DNA of 64,000 bases from positions 32,001 through 96,000 of the forward strand of contig JAVRCV020000065.1 in the NCBI GenBank assembly GCA_034530615.2, in the 5' to 3' direction. The position numbers and the translations under genes were made by a program. The stretch comes from Aulosira sp. ZfuVER01. Lineage in GTDB: Bacteria; Cyanobacteriota; Cyanobacteriia; Cyanobacteriales; Nostocaceae. The notes below the pieces were generated by a model. The model was not told where the DNA came from and did not search any database. It saw only the letters and a program-made list of their open reading frames with translations. Positions 10,274-20,112 of this stretch are shown one piece after another (the stretch's first letter is position 1; every line of letters begins with the position of its first letter).

Positions 10274-11620
10274 TTACAACGTATATGTAAACTCATCTAC
10301 TAACATTCCCGGAACTAGACTACCTCCGAGTTGGCGGCTTTCATAGGTTCCGACTTCGGGGATAAATTCTTGAAAATTGGTCAAATCTACTAAATTGTCT
10401 CCCCAGAAGCGATAGAGGCTTTCATCGAAACGTAAGTTTTCAATAGGGGCGATAATCTCTCCTTTCTCTACCCAAAAACAAGCATAACGGGTCATACCTG
10501 TAATTCTACCTGTGGGGCGATCGCTCCAGTTCAAGTAATGCAAGTTCGATACATACAAACCTGTATCTAAACTTGGCAAAATATGCTCGAATGCCAAATT
10601 TCCTGGGCTGATTTCTGGCGCACGTAAAGTTTCTGAGCTATTAGCAGCATTAGCAGGTTTTTGATATTCTTTAGCAGTCCGAGAGTTGACTAAGGTATTT
10701 ATTAAAAATCCTTTTTCGATTATAGGTAACTCTGGTGCTGCCATTTCTCCCCAGCCATTAAATCGGGGCACCAACCCTAGCTGAAAATTTTCTTTTAAAC
10801 TAAACTCTGGGGAAAGTAGTTTTTCGTGACGAGATAGTGTAGCCAATGCACTGTTCCCTTGTTGTAAATCCGCTTCACTTACAGCACCCCAAGAAAGCAT
10901 CATTACTAAATCGGCAACTGCGGCGGGTGCAAAATAAGTTTTGTATTTTCCTCTGGGCAATTCTTTAGGAGCAACTGCAAGTAATTCTAATTGTTTTTTA
11001 TCTTCGTTAATCCTTTTTATATAAGCAAATTCATCCCAATTACTACCTGCAAAAGTTCCTTTAACTGCTTGTCCTGATGGTCTAAATAGAGAATAGTCTA
11101 AGGTAAATGTGTCTGTAGAAAACCAATGTTTTTGTCCTTGAGAATCGCCGTACCCTTTAATTACAACTCCCCCAGCATATATTCCCGTAAAATCTAATTC
11201 TGGAACTAGTTCTAGTATTGTCGGAACTACATCTTCGCTTGCCAATAATTTACCAGAATGTACTTCTCTACTCGTATTATTTCCTGATGGCAAAACTAAA
11301 TATGGATCGATAGGTAAAAATCGCAGTTCTCCCCGCAAATCTTGTAAAGCTTTGTATGCTACTTGCCAATCAATATCCCAATTGCCAGTAAAGGGAAACT
11401 GCCGAAAACTACTGCGCTGATCTTCCATTAAAGTCAGTTCAATCCAACCATCAGCGACATAACCAGTTTGTCGCACTTTAGCGTGATTAAAACGTGTAAA
11501 TTGACTCCGTTCACTACTAAGTTTGACAGTGAATTCTTCAGTTACAGTTTTTTTGATGAGTAGAGTTTCAATTAGTTGATTAAAGCTGACTTCTAAAGCA
11601 GATAACTCGTCAATTTTCAT
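10274..11620 (-). CDS. TldD/PmbA family protein (TldE/PmbA-like subunit)
   Basis: TRFNHAKVRQ, YLNWSDRPTGRITGMTR, APIENLRFDES; no HExxxH. Start trimmed to MKIDELS because the upstream sequence is STRR repeat. Confidence 0.85.
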   Translation of the reverse strand: MKIDELSALEVSFNQLIETLLIKKTVTEEFTVKLSSERSQFTRFNHAKVRQTGYVADGWIELTLMEDQRSSFRQFPFTGNWDIDWQVAYKALQDLRGELRFLPIDPYLVLPSGNNTSREVHSGKLLASEDVVPTILELVPELDFTGIYAGGVVIKGYGDSQGQKHWFSTDTFTLDYSLFRPSGQAVKGTFAGSNWDEFAYIKRINEDKKQLELLAVAPKELPRGKYKTYFAPAAVADLVMMLSWGAVSEADLQQGNSALATLSRHEKLLSPEFSLKENFQLGLVPRFNGWGEMAAPELPIIEKGFLINTLVNSRTAKEYQKPANAANSSETLRAPEISPGNLAFEHILPSLDTGLYVSNLHYLNWSDRPTGRITGMTRYACFWVEKGEIIAPIENLRFDESLYRFWGDNLVDLTNFQEFIPEVGTYESRQLGGSLVPGMLVDEFTYTL

Positions 11621-11701
11621 GGGCATTATGTGGTCAGGACAAGATGGACAAAGGAAGGAGGAGAAGGGAGAAATAACAAAGGACAAATGACAAATGACTA
11701 T

Positions 11702-13141
11702 TCAACTACCCCCACCAAAGACTTCGACGTTAGCAAATAGACAAACTGGTGAACCATGTCCTACCCAAATTGCCTGATTTGGTTCGCCTTTACCGCAGAA
11801 AGGAGTACCGTAAATTTGCCAATTAGAAGCATCACCTACTTTGATTAAGCTTTGCCAAAATTCTGGAGTTGTGGCGCGATAGTTGGAGTTACGCAGGGTT
11901 TTGGTGAGTTTGCCGTTTTCAATCAATTTGCCATACTCACAACCAAACTGAAATTTATAACGGCGATCGTCTATTGACCAAGAACGGTTAGATTCCATGT
12001 AAACTCCATGTTCGATACCACCGATAATTTCGTCAAAGCTGGCGTTTCCTGGCTCTAAATTCAAGTTTGCCATGCGATCAATCGCGGGGCGATTCCAAGA
12101 GGAAGCACGGGCACAGGCTACACCTGCTACACCTGCTCTCGCTTGGCTTTCGAGACTACCCAAACCTCTTTGAAGTACGCCTTCTTTGATGACATACTCT
12201 CGTGTGGCTACAGCACCAGTATCATCAAAGCCATAGCTGGCAAATTCACCAGGTACAGTGGGGTCGAAGGTAATGTTCATCAGTGGCGAGCCGTAGACTA
12301 AGTTACCAAAATCACTTTTGTTCACAAAGCTACCGCCAGCGTAGTTACGCTCATCTCCTAAAATTCGGTCAATTTCTAAAGGATGACCTACACTTTCATG
12401 AATTTGCAGCATCATTTGATCTGGTGCTAACACTAAATTAGTGCGTGTATTCGGGCACTCTTCTGCTGTCAATAGTTCGACTGCTTGCTCACCAACTTGT
12501 TGCACCCGATGCCATAAGCCTTCTTGTTTTAATAATTCCAGTCCACCTTGGTAACAGTTGGCGTGCCAGCCGTTGTTAGTACGTTGCTGGACGATCGCAC
12601 CATCTTGGGCAGTAGCTCCGTAATGTGCGCCCACAGAGAGAAACTTTTGGTACACTTGGGAGCCATTACTACTGGCAAACCATGTTTCTTTTTCGCTGCT
12701 GGTAAAGCTAGCTGTGGTTTGCACAATTTTGTCGCTAACTTTCAGTGTTTGACAAATCCGAACCAGCAAATCGTTAATTTCCCCAGGAGTGAGAGCATCT
12801 AATGGTTCTAAAAATGGTGAGTTATATTCACCCACAACTTTCGGGCGCTCAGTTTCACGGAAATCATATATCCGCCATTCGCTAGCTACAAGTGCCTGTT
12901 TATAGGCTATTTCCGCAGCGGCTTGTAAGCTAGCAAGTTCTAGAGAATTGGTAGCAGCATAACCCAAACTGCCATTTACCAAGACTTCTAACATTGCCCC
13001 CATTGTGGAGTATTTGCCATTAGTTTGAGGTAAGCCATCACGAACATGACGGTTAGCGGCTGTTTCTTTAACAGCTCTAATCCCAACCCAATCAGCGGGA
13101 ATATTAAGATGAGCGATCGCTCTTGTTAATTCAGACCACAT
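11702..13141 (-). CDS. TldD/PmbA family metalloprotease (TldD-like subunit)
   Basis: IHESVGHPLEIDR (HExxxH), RMANLNLEPG, SWSIDD, CGKGEP motifs. Confidence 0.9.
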   Translation of the reverse strand: MWSELTRAIAHLNIPADWVGIRAVKETAANRHVRDGLPQTNGKYSTMGAMLEVLVNGSLGYAATNSLELASLQAAAEIAYKQALVASEWRIYDFRETERPKVVGEYNSPFLEPLDALTPGEINDLLVRICQTLKVSDKIVQTTASFTSSEKETWFASSNGSQVYQKFLSVGAHYGATAQDGAIVQQRTNNGWHANCYQGGLELLKQEGLWHRVQQVGEQAVELLTAEECPNTRTNLVLAPDQMMLQIHESVGHPLEIDRILGDERNYAGGSFVNKSDFGNLVYGSPLMNITFDPTVPGEFASYGFDDTGAVATREYVIKEGVLQRGLGSLESQARAGVAGVACARASSWNRPAIDRMANLNLEPGNASFDEIIGGIEHGVYMESNRSWSIDDRRYKFQFGCEYGKLIENGKLTKTLRNSNYRATTPEFWQSLIKVGDASNWQIYGTPFCGKGEPNQAIWVGHGSPVCLFANVEVFGGGS

Positions 13142-13230
13142 AATATAAATTCAAAATGAAGATAATTATTGTTGACGATTCTATTGCGTTGCGATCGCTT
13201 GGCTACAGCTTGTTACCAAAAGTTTATTGT

Positions 13231-13656
13231 TTATGCTGTCCAATCTTCTATTCGCAGGTTGGGAACTTGAGAAAAATCTTGATAATTACATGTGACCATA
13301 ATGCTATTTGTAGACAGAGCAATCGCAGCAATACGAAGGTCTTTTTGCAGCCTTTTCTTATTGAGTTTTGGGTGTTGTTTCAACAGGCTTTCGTCAGAAG
13401 CATTTGCTGTGGCATCAAAGTTTAATATGACGACGCTCTTAAAATAATCTGTTGTTTCCCAAAGTTTTGTATAGACTATAACCAAATTTTCAGCTTGAGA
13501 TGGATCGTTAAGCTTACCCATCCACCCGTTGAAAATTTCCTGAACTGTAATAATTGTGATAGCTACAGACGATGTTTGAGAAACTTTTGTAATAACTTTG
13601 TGATTACCTTCAAGGAACAGGGACACATGATCTGTATCGAGTATCCATCTGCTCAT
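13231..13656 (-). CDS. PIN-domain (VapC-type) toxin
   Basis: ILDTDHVS, TVQE, DLRIAAIAL, VTCNYQDF; 4-bp overlap with the upstream small gene. Confidence 0.85.
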   Translation of the reverse strand: MSRWILDTDHVSLFLEGNHKVITKVSQTSSVAITIITVQEIFNGWMGKLNDPSQAENLVIVYTKLWETTDYFKSVVILNFDATANASDESLLKQHPKLNKKRLQKDLRIAAIALSTNSIMVTCNYQDFSQVPNLRIEDWTA

Positions 13657-13988
13657 ACATCATTTGCTGAAGATTCTTGTTCGGTTTCTTGTCTTTGTGC
13701 TCTCATGTCCTCAGCAATTTCTACAAATAGAGGATTGTCCTTAAACATTCCTGCAAATTTCATCCAAGGATGGGGATTTGAAGACAGTTCCATTTGCAAA
13801 GAAACAATTTCTGCTTTAGCTAAACGTTCTGCCAGAAGTTGACGTATTCCATCCAATGCTTGCTGGCGGGTGTCAGATGTAATTCGACATTCAGGAATTT
13901 CTAGTACGATCGCAGTCTCTTTGCCAGTTGTATCTTGTTCTAAAAGAATATTAAAGTCTAAGATGTTTGCTGATTGGGAAGACATCAT
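13653..13988 (-). CDS. putative antitoxin, HicB-like N-terminus
   Basis: 111 aa; VLEIPECRITSDTRQQALDGIRQLL then HPWMKFAGMFKDNPLF; translationally coupled to the PIN gene. Confidence 0.7.
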   Translation of the reverse strand: MMSSQSANILDFNILLEQDTTGKETAIVLEIPECRITSDTRQQALDGIRQLLAERLAKAEIVSLQMELSSNPHPWMKFAGMFKDNPLFVEIAEDMRAQRQETEQESSANDV

Positions 13989-14016
13989 TTTTTTATCCTA
14001 TTGTTTGCTTGAATTG

Positions 14017-15498
14017 TTAACTCCTGTGCCAACGAGTGCCATCCTTACTATCAATTAAGGTAATACCTTTAGCTTGTAGTTCATTTCGGATGCGATCGCC
14101 TTCGGCAAAATTCTTCGCTTTTCTGGCTGCTTGGCGTTGTTGAATTAAATCTTCAATTTCTGCATCGCTTAAACCATCACTCGCAGGAGTTTCAGTTTCT
14201 ACTTTCGCTTCTAAACCTAAGACTCCAGCCAACGTTACAAGTGTTTGCCACTGTTGAAGTAATTCATCTGCTGGGGTTTCCGTTTTGCCTTCATGCACGA
14301 TAATATTTCCCTCACGACGCAGTTCTTTGGCTAATTCAAAAATCACTGCTAACCCACCAGGGAAATTAAAGTCATCATTCACAGCTTCTTGGAAACGTTC
14401 TATATAGGAGTTAGAAATTTCTTTTCCATTCCCCGCGTCTTTTTGTCCCCGCGTCTCCGCGTCCTTTAATTTCCAACCAAGTTGTTCCCCATATTCATAG
14501 CCAAAAAGCAATCCTTCTTTGAGGGTATGCCAGCCGTTGGTGGCAGCAGCGATCGCTTCATCGGTAAAATCGATAGGCTTGCGATATTGGGCTTGCAGTA
14601 CAAACAACCGCACCGCCATTGGTTCCACGCCTCGATCTAATAAGTCGCGGATGGTGGTAAAGTTACCCAAAGACTTAGACATTTTCTCGCCATCCACCTT
14701 CACCATGCCGTTGTGCAGCCAGTAGCGAGATAAAGGTTTGCCTGTCACCGCTTCAGATTGGGCAATTTCGTTTTCGTGATGCGGAAAAATTAAGTCAGCA
14801 CCGCCAGCATGAATGTCTATGGTATCGCCCAAGCGATCGCGCACCATTGCTGAACATTCTATATGCCACCCTGGACGGCCTTCACCCCAAGGTGATTCCC
14901 AAGCAGGTTCACCTGGTTTTGCTGCTTTCCACAAAGCAAAGTCAAAGGGATCTTTTTTCTTTTGATATTCTGGATCTTCTATATTAACGCGATCGCTAGC
15001 ACCCGCTTGCATATCGTCTAACTTCCGCCCAGACAGCTTACCATACTCAGAAAACTGCCGTACTGCATAGTAAACATCACCATCGGCGGGGTAAGCGTAA
15101 CCTTTATTTTCTAAATCGTGAATTAGCCGTTGAATGCCATTCATCGTGTGGGTAGCACGGGGATACTCATCAGCTTCTTTGATTCCCAGCCTGCCCATAT
15201 CCTCAAAGTAAGCTTTAATGAAGCGATCGGCAACAGCTTCCATTGATGATTGTTCTTGCCTTGCTCGATTTAGAATCTTGTCATCAATATCGGTAAAATT
15301 CTGGATATAGCGCACTTCATAGCCGATAAACTGGAGGTATCGCCGCACTACATCCCAAACAATACAAGCTCTGGCATGACCCAAATGACAGTAGTCGTAT
15401 ACCGTCACGCCGCAGTAATACATCTTAACTTTGCCTGGTTCTACTGTTTCAAAGGGTTCCTGGCGACGGGTGAGGGTATTGTAAAGAGTTAGGGTCAT
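14017..15498 (-). CDS. cysS: cysteine--tRNA ligase
   Basis: [37 protein letters not shown]; start MTLTLYNTL. Confidence 0.97.
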   Translation of the reverse strand: MTLTLYNTLTRRQEPFETVEPGKVKMYYCGVTVYDYCHLGHARACIVWDVVRRYLQFIGYEVRYIQNFTDIDDKILNRARQEQSSMEAVADRFIKAYFEDMGRLGIKEADEYPRATHTMNGIQRLIHDLENKGYAYPADGDVYYAVRQFSEYGKLSGRKLDDMQAGASDRVNIEDPEYQKKKDPFDFALWKAAKPGEPAWESPWGEGRPGWHIECSAMVRDRLGDTIDIHAGGADLIFPHHENEIAQSEAVTGKPLSRYWLHNGMVKVDGEKMSKSLGNFTTIRDLLDRGVEPMAVRLFVLQAQYRKPIDFTDEAIAAATNGWHTLKEGLLFGYEYGEQLGWKLKDAETRGQKDAGNGKEISNSYIERFQEAVNDDFNFPGGLAVIFELAKELRREGNIIVHEGKTETPADELLQQWQTLVTLAGVLGLEAKVETETPASDGLSDAEIEDLIQQRQAARKAKNFAEGDRIRNELQAKGITLIDSKDGTRWHRS

Positions 15499-15746
15499 AA
15501 GCAATTGAAAATTCAAAATTCAAGATTCAGAATGGTACAACCTACTTGTGGTAAACATCTTGACTACCTATCTATAATGCAGAGTCAAGCAACTACAGCT
15601 AAGATAAGTAATTTTGAAATAGATAGATACGTAATAATAGGGTAAAGCACCTGGGATGAGAGTCCAGCATCCCTATCCTAGTGTTTTCTGGACTCTCTGC
15701 GCTACACTCCTACTTCTTGAATTTAATTTGTTTTGATTAGAGCGCT

Positions 15747-16865
15747 ATGCAATCAGCAGTTACTTCTGAATCTCAAGCAATGGATGCGCCAAAACAAGGT
15801 ATACCTGTAACAATCATTACAGGATTCCTCGGTAGTGGTAAGACAACATTACTTAATCATATCCTGACGAATCAGCAGGGATTAAAAACTGCTGTTTTAG
15901 TCAATGAATTTGGTGAAATTGGCATCGATAACGAATTAATTGTTTCCACCGATGAAAACATGGTGGAACTAAATAATGGTTGTATTTGTTGCACTATTAA
16001 TAGTGATTTAGTTGATGCCGTTTACAAAGTTTTAGAACGTGAAGAAAAGTTAGATTATTTAGTTGTAGAAACAACTGGACTAGCAGATCCATTGCCAGTA
16101 GCTCTAACATTTCTCGGTACAGAATTGCGGGATTTAACTCGTTTGGATTCGATTATTACCGTAGTAGACGCGGCGAATTACAGCCTAGATTTATTTAATT
16201 CTCAGGCAGCATATAGTCAGATTGCCTATGGTGATGTCATTATTTTGAATAAAGCAGATTTAGTTGATGAAGCTGCTTTAAATGAATTAGAACGAAAAGT
16301 TTCGGAAGTTAAAGAAGGAGCGAGAATTCTTCGCACCACACGTTCAGACGTACCACTTCCCTTAATTCTGAGTGTTGGTTTATTTGAGTCTGATAAGTAT
16401 TTTGATAACGTGTCAGACGAACACGAGCATCATCACCACGCTCATGAGCATCATGACCACGACCACGATCATTCTAACTGCGGTCACGATCATCACGACC
16501 ATGACCATGACCATGAGCATCATCACCATCATTCCGACCACTTAGAAAATGATGGTTTTACCTCATTGTCTTTCCAAAGCGACAAGCCTTTTTCTATTAG
16601 GAAGTTTCAATATTTCTTAGATAACCAGCTACCCACTGATGTATTTCGGGCAAAGGGTATTATGTGGTTTGAAGAAAGCCCCAAACGTCATATTTTCCAC
16701 TTGTGTGGCAAACGCTTCACAATGGATGATGATGAGTGGAAAGGTCAACCGAAAAATCAGCTAGTCTTGATTGGTCAACATTTAGATAGCGAAACATTGC
16801 TCAGTCAGCTAGAAAATTGCCTTTGTCTTCCTTCAGTGAGTCGAGGTAAAGGCTTTGGCAAATAG
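15747..16865 (+). CDS. CobW/COG0523 GTPase metallochaperone with His-rich insert
   Basis: GFLGSGKTT, NEFGEIGID, GCICC, ETTGLADP, NKAD; His/Asp-rich tract; CobW_C FRAKG. Confidence 0.92.
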   Translation: MQSAVTSESQAMDAPKQGIPVTIITGFLGSGKTTLLNHILTNQQGLKTAVLVNEFGEIGIDNELIVSTDENMVELNNGCICCTINSDLVDAVYKVLEREEKLDYLVVETTGLADPLPVALTFLGTELRDLTRLDSIITVVDAANYSLDLFNSQAAYSQIAYGDVIILNKADLVDEAALNELERKVSEVKEGARILRTTRSDVPLPLILSVGLFESDKYFDNVSDEHEHHHHAHEHHDHDHDHSNCGHDHHDHDHDHEHHHHHSDHLENDGFTSLSFQSDKPFSIRKFQYFLDNQLPTDVFRAKGIMWFEESPKRHIFHLCGKRFTMDDDEWKGQPKNQLVLIGQHLDSETLLSQLENCLCLPSVSRGKGFGK

Positions 16866-16895
16866 TTTTTAGTTATTTGTCAATACAAACGCCTG

Positions 16896-16925
16896 GTTAG
16901 GGGTTTAGCAATGCTAAACCCTTAC
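16896..16925 (+). terminator. hairpin after the CobW gene (REP-like/terminator)
   Basis: GGGTTTAGC-AAT-GCTAAACCC stem; similar to 45989-46017. Confidence 0.5.
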
Positions 16926-16950
16926 GAAAAATCCATATAGCAATCCGTAG

Positions 16951-17263
16951 AGGAATAAATGCGTAGGCACGAATTGCTTGCCGCTAGGAATCGCTCTAAT
17001 GCATTAACAATACAAGCCGATGTAATGGCATAACATACTGGTGCATTAACATTGCAAAATGTTGTGTTTAGTGGATTTAACCCGATTAAAAACAGTTGTA
17101 ATGTTGATGAATCTAACGATCGCCTGTTTTGTGGTGAGAGTGCGATGTCTTGACAAGCCACTGCGCGTCTACACAATTCCTTCCACAGCAGAATTTCAGC
17201 AAGGAATAAATGCGATCGCTCTAATGCATTAACGTAACACGCCTATGTGTTGACATAATAGAC
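16951..17263. repeat. imperfect direct repeat pair with short elements inserted into HIP1
   Basis: AGGAATAAATGCG[26 nt]ATCGCTCTAATGCATTAAC at 16951 versus uninterrupted AGGAATAAATGCGATCGCTCTAATGCATTAAC at 17202. A second insert lies at 17147-17171. Confidence 0.75.
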
Positions 17264-17306
17264 CGATCGCCTGCTTTGTGGTAAAAATCTATCAGCTTGC
17301 CAGTAA

Positions 17307-20012
17307 CTATTTTATGCTTGGTACTTCATCCTTAACCTGTTCAAATTTAAATCCACTAACTGGGAGTCCGCCTTTAGTTGGAACTACTCTGACAACAAGA
17401 GGTTCTTTTTGGCTATCACCATTCCGATCAAACTGGAGTGGATATCCTGAAGTTTCGCTCGATGGAAGATTAACAGATCTGAGTTTTTCTAAAACAGTTG
17501 GACGAGTGGGATTGTTTGATGATATGTTTTTAATAGCTGCAATAAAAGCCTGAGTCGCATCATAAGCTGTAGCTGTGCGCCAGCTTATTTGCCCTCCCCA
17601 TGTTTTTCTAGCGTTATCTGCAAATTCTTTTGAATTCTGCTCTTCTGCAAACCAATTTACAGATATCACCAAACCTTCAAAAGCTGATTTCAAAGTGTCC
17701 TGATTATACAAAGTGCCTCCTCCTAACAGAGGCAATTTTTTGCTGATCTGAGCACGGGCAATTGCAAGTGCCACAGAAGTTAACTTTGTATCCGGAAACA
17801 AAACAATTGCATCTGCTTTATCTTCATTTTGAATTTTTAAAATTTCAGCAGATGTATCCAGTGAAGCATCACTCAAATCCTGAGTACGGATAACTTCTGC
17901 GTTCTTATTCTTAAACAGGTTTTCAAACTGTTCTTTTACGTCCTTACTATAAACATCATCAGGATTGTAGAAAATAACTACTCTTTTATAGCCATTCTTG
18001 ATAGCATAATCTGCTAACTTTCCCATCTCTACTTTGGTAGACAGTACTGTTCTAAAGAATACTTTGCCCTTTAACAAAGTACTTGCGCTACCTGGAGATA
18101 GCATTGCTATACCAGCCTTTTCATACTCAGGTAATGCAGCTTGACTGCTTGTACTAGTATAATGTCCAATAACCCCTATAATATTTTGGTTTTTAATTAA
18201 CTCTCTAGCAACTTTTATAGCTTGAGTTTGGTCATTGCTATCATTAGCAATTACTATATTTAAAAGTCGCTTATTCTCTTTACTTCGTAACTCATTAAAA
18301 TCATCTTGTGCCTGTGCAACTCCTCGCAAGAGTTCTTGAGAGATCCCAGATGCTCTATTAGTATCTGGTAAAACAACTGCCAGCGTAATTGGGTTGCCTT
18401 GTTGATATGCTCTAGCATTGTTGTAATAAATTCGCAACTCTGGATCGTAAGGAAAGGCTTGTCTAGCTTTTTTAAAATACTCAACAGCTTGGGTATAATC
18501 TTTGTTTTCAAAAGCTTTAAAAGCCTGAGTGCGACTTGGATTTTCACTTCCACCAAACAAAGTATGCTCACCTTCACTAAGGAATGGCAATCCTGGCTGT
18601 TGCTGTTGTGGTTGTTCCGTTATTAACGTTTGAGGGTCTGACTTATTATTAACAACCGGAGGTTTTTCTCGTGATTGCCAGTATAACCACCCAAGAAGCA
18701 ATGAAATTAGTAGCACTGGAGCAAGTGCTGAGACAATACGCTGCTGCTTTCGTGTTACTAATTCTTGGCTAGCATATAAAAATTGATAATCTTCAACAAG
18801 CAACTGTTTATTTTCTGCCCATGCTTGAGCTTGTCGTAATTTTTGCCCTTGCAAGAGATGCGATTTATTCTGACGACTAGACTCTAGCCATGCTGCTAAT
18901 TCCTTTGCATAAGGTCGCAAATTCGCTAACTCCTGATTTACCCAGTTGTTGTCAAAAACAGACTCATAAATACAGTTAGAAACTCTTAACTTACCATTTT
19001 GCTTAACTACCAATCCCGACAGGCGCAATTCTATTTGCCCCGGACTGTTATCTTCTTCAATTTCTCTTTTTCGTAAAATTTGTTCATATAATTCAAGCAA
19101 CAGATCCGCAGGTTGCTTGTTGCTGAAAATCCGATCGCGTATTGTTCTCAAATGCTCAGGATCATCCTGAGATTGCCAATTTTGGATAATCCGCGATTGC
19201 ACTAATTCCTCTACAGACAATCCTTGCTTATCATCTAAAATAAATTGACAAAGCTTTTGGGTAAGAAAAGGTTGTCCACCAGTCCATTCCAAAACCTCTC
19301 GTAGCTTTTCTTGAGGATTACTAACTTTACCGACTAATCCCGTAGCTAAAGGCTCCGCTTCATCTAAATCAAAACCTTTGAGTTCAATGGCTTGGCCAAT
19401 ATTAAAAGGTGTGCGCTGTTTATCTTGAATCAAATCAGAGGGAGTTGCTACTCCTAAAAGACAAAATGTCAGGCGTTTATATTCTGGTTTATCAGCACGT
19501 TGGTTATAGCAAGCTCGAATCAAAGCAAAAAAATCCTCAGTTGAAAAACTTAGGCTGAGAACGCTATCAATTTCATCTACAAAAATGATAATTTTTTTAT
19601 GAATAGAGGTTAGCATCTCCTCTTCAATAAACTTGCCTAATCGCTGCAATGAAGGCAGTAATCTTTGCGCTTTCCACCATCGGTCTAAATCAAAATTCTC
19701 ATTTAGTTTTAAACTCTTAACCAGCTCGTCAATCACACCTGCATACCATTGATCAGGAGTAACATTATGAGTTCCGATCAAAGTAAGATCAATACCAGCA
19801 CAAGCAATTCCCTCTTCCTGCAACTTTTGCATGGTTTTTACCCGCAAACTTGATTTACCCATCTGCCGCGAGTTTAGGACATAACAGAATTCCCCTGCCT
19901 TCAACTTGTTGTATAAGTCGTCATCTGCCTGCCGCATGACGTAGGTAGGAGAATCAGGAAGTAAAGTACCCCCAACTTGATATTCATAGTTTGGGTTAGG
20001 CGCTGGATTCAT
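17307..20012 (-). CDS. AAA_35 NTPase - TM helix - TPR-like - periplasmic (LivK/branched-chain amino acid type) ligand-binding protein
   Basis: [18 protein letters not shown], Walker [10 protein letters not shown], Walker [53 protein letters not shown]-terminal [30 protein letters not shown]. Confidence 0.85.
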   Translation of the reverse strand: MNPAPNPNYEYQVGGTLLPDSPTYVMRQADDDLYNKLKAGEFCYVLNSRQMGKSSLRVKTMQKLQEEGIACAGIDLTLIGTHNVTPDQWYAGVIDELVKSLKLNENFDLDRWWKAQRLLPSLQRLGKFIEEEMLTSIHKKIIIFVDEIDSVLSLSFSTEDFFALIRACYNQRADKPEYKRLTFCLLGVATPSDLIQDKQRTPFNIGQAIELKGFDLDEAEPLATGLVGKVSNPQEKLREVLEWTGGQPFLTQKLCQFILDDKQGLSVEELVQSRIIQNWQSQDDPEHLRTIRDRIFSNKQPADLLLELYEQILRKREIEEDNSPGQIELRLSGLVVKQNGKLRVSNCIYESVFDNNWVNQELANLRPYAKELAAWLESSRQNKSHLLQGQKLRQAQAWAENKQLLVEDYQFLYASQELVTRKQQRIVSALAPVLLISLLLGWLYWQSREKPPVVNNKSDPQTLITEQPQQQQPGLPFLSEGEHTLFGGSENPSRTQAFKAFENKDYTQAVEYFKKARQAFPYDPELRIYYNNARAYQQGNPITLAVVLPDTNRASGISQELLRGVAQAQDDFNELRSKENKRLLNIVIANDSNDQTQAIKVARELIKNQNIIGVIGHYTSTSSQAALPEYEKAGIAMLSPGSASTLLKGKVFFRTVLSTKVEMGKLADYAIKNGYKRVVIFYNPDDVYSKDVKEQFENLFKNKNAEVIRTQDLSDASLDTSAEILKIQNEDKADAIVLFPDTKLTSVALAIARAQISKKLPLLGGGTLYNQDTLKSAFEGLVISVNWFAEEQNSKEFADNARKTWGGQISWRTATAYDATQAFIAAIKNISSNNPTRPTVLEKLRSVNLPSSETSGYPLQFDRNGDSQKEPLVVRVVPTKGGLPVSGFKFEQVKDEVPSIK

Positions 20013-20112
20013 GAGTTATTACCAATGCGGTTGCACAATAATCATTTTCAGGCTTTCCTTTCTGGTTGCAAAGAGGAACTGGGGTAAATTTCTGGGAAAT
20101 TTGAAATCATAA

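Noticed and set aside
15520..15746. Zur box or cobalamin riboswitch upstream of the CobW gene
   Set aside because: No clear TGATAATNATTATCA palindrome or B12-box visible.
16922..17176. 84-aa minus-strand ORF
   Set aside because: Spans repeat and HIP1-insert DNA; no protein-like motif.
17307..18600. ABC branched-chain amino acid transporter
   Set aside because: The binding-protein fold is fused to a TM and an NTPase, and no permease or ABC ATPase genes are adjacent.
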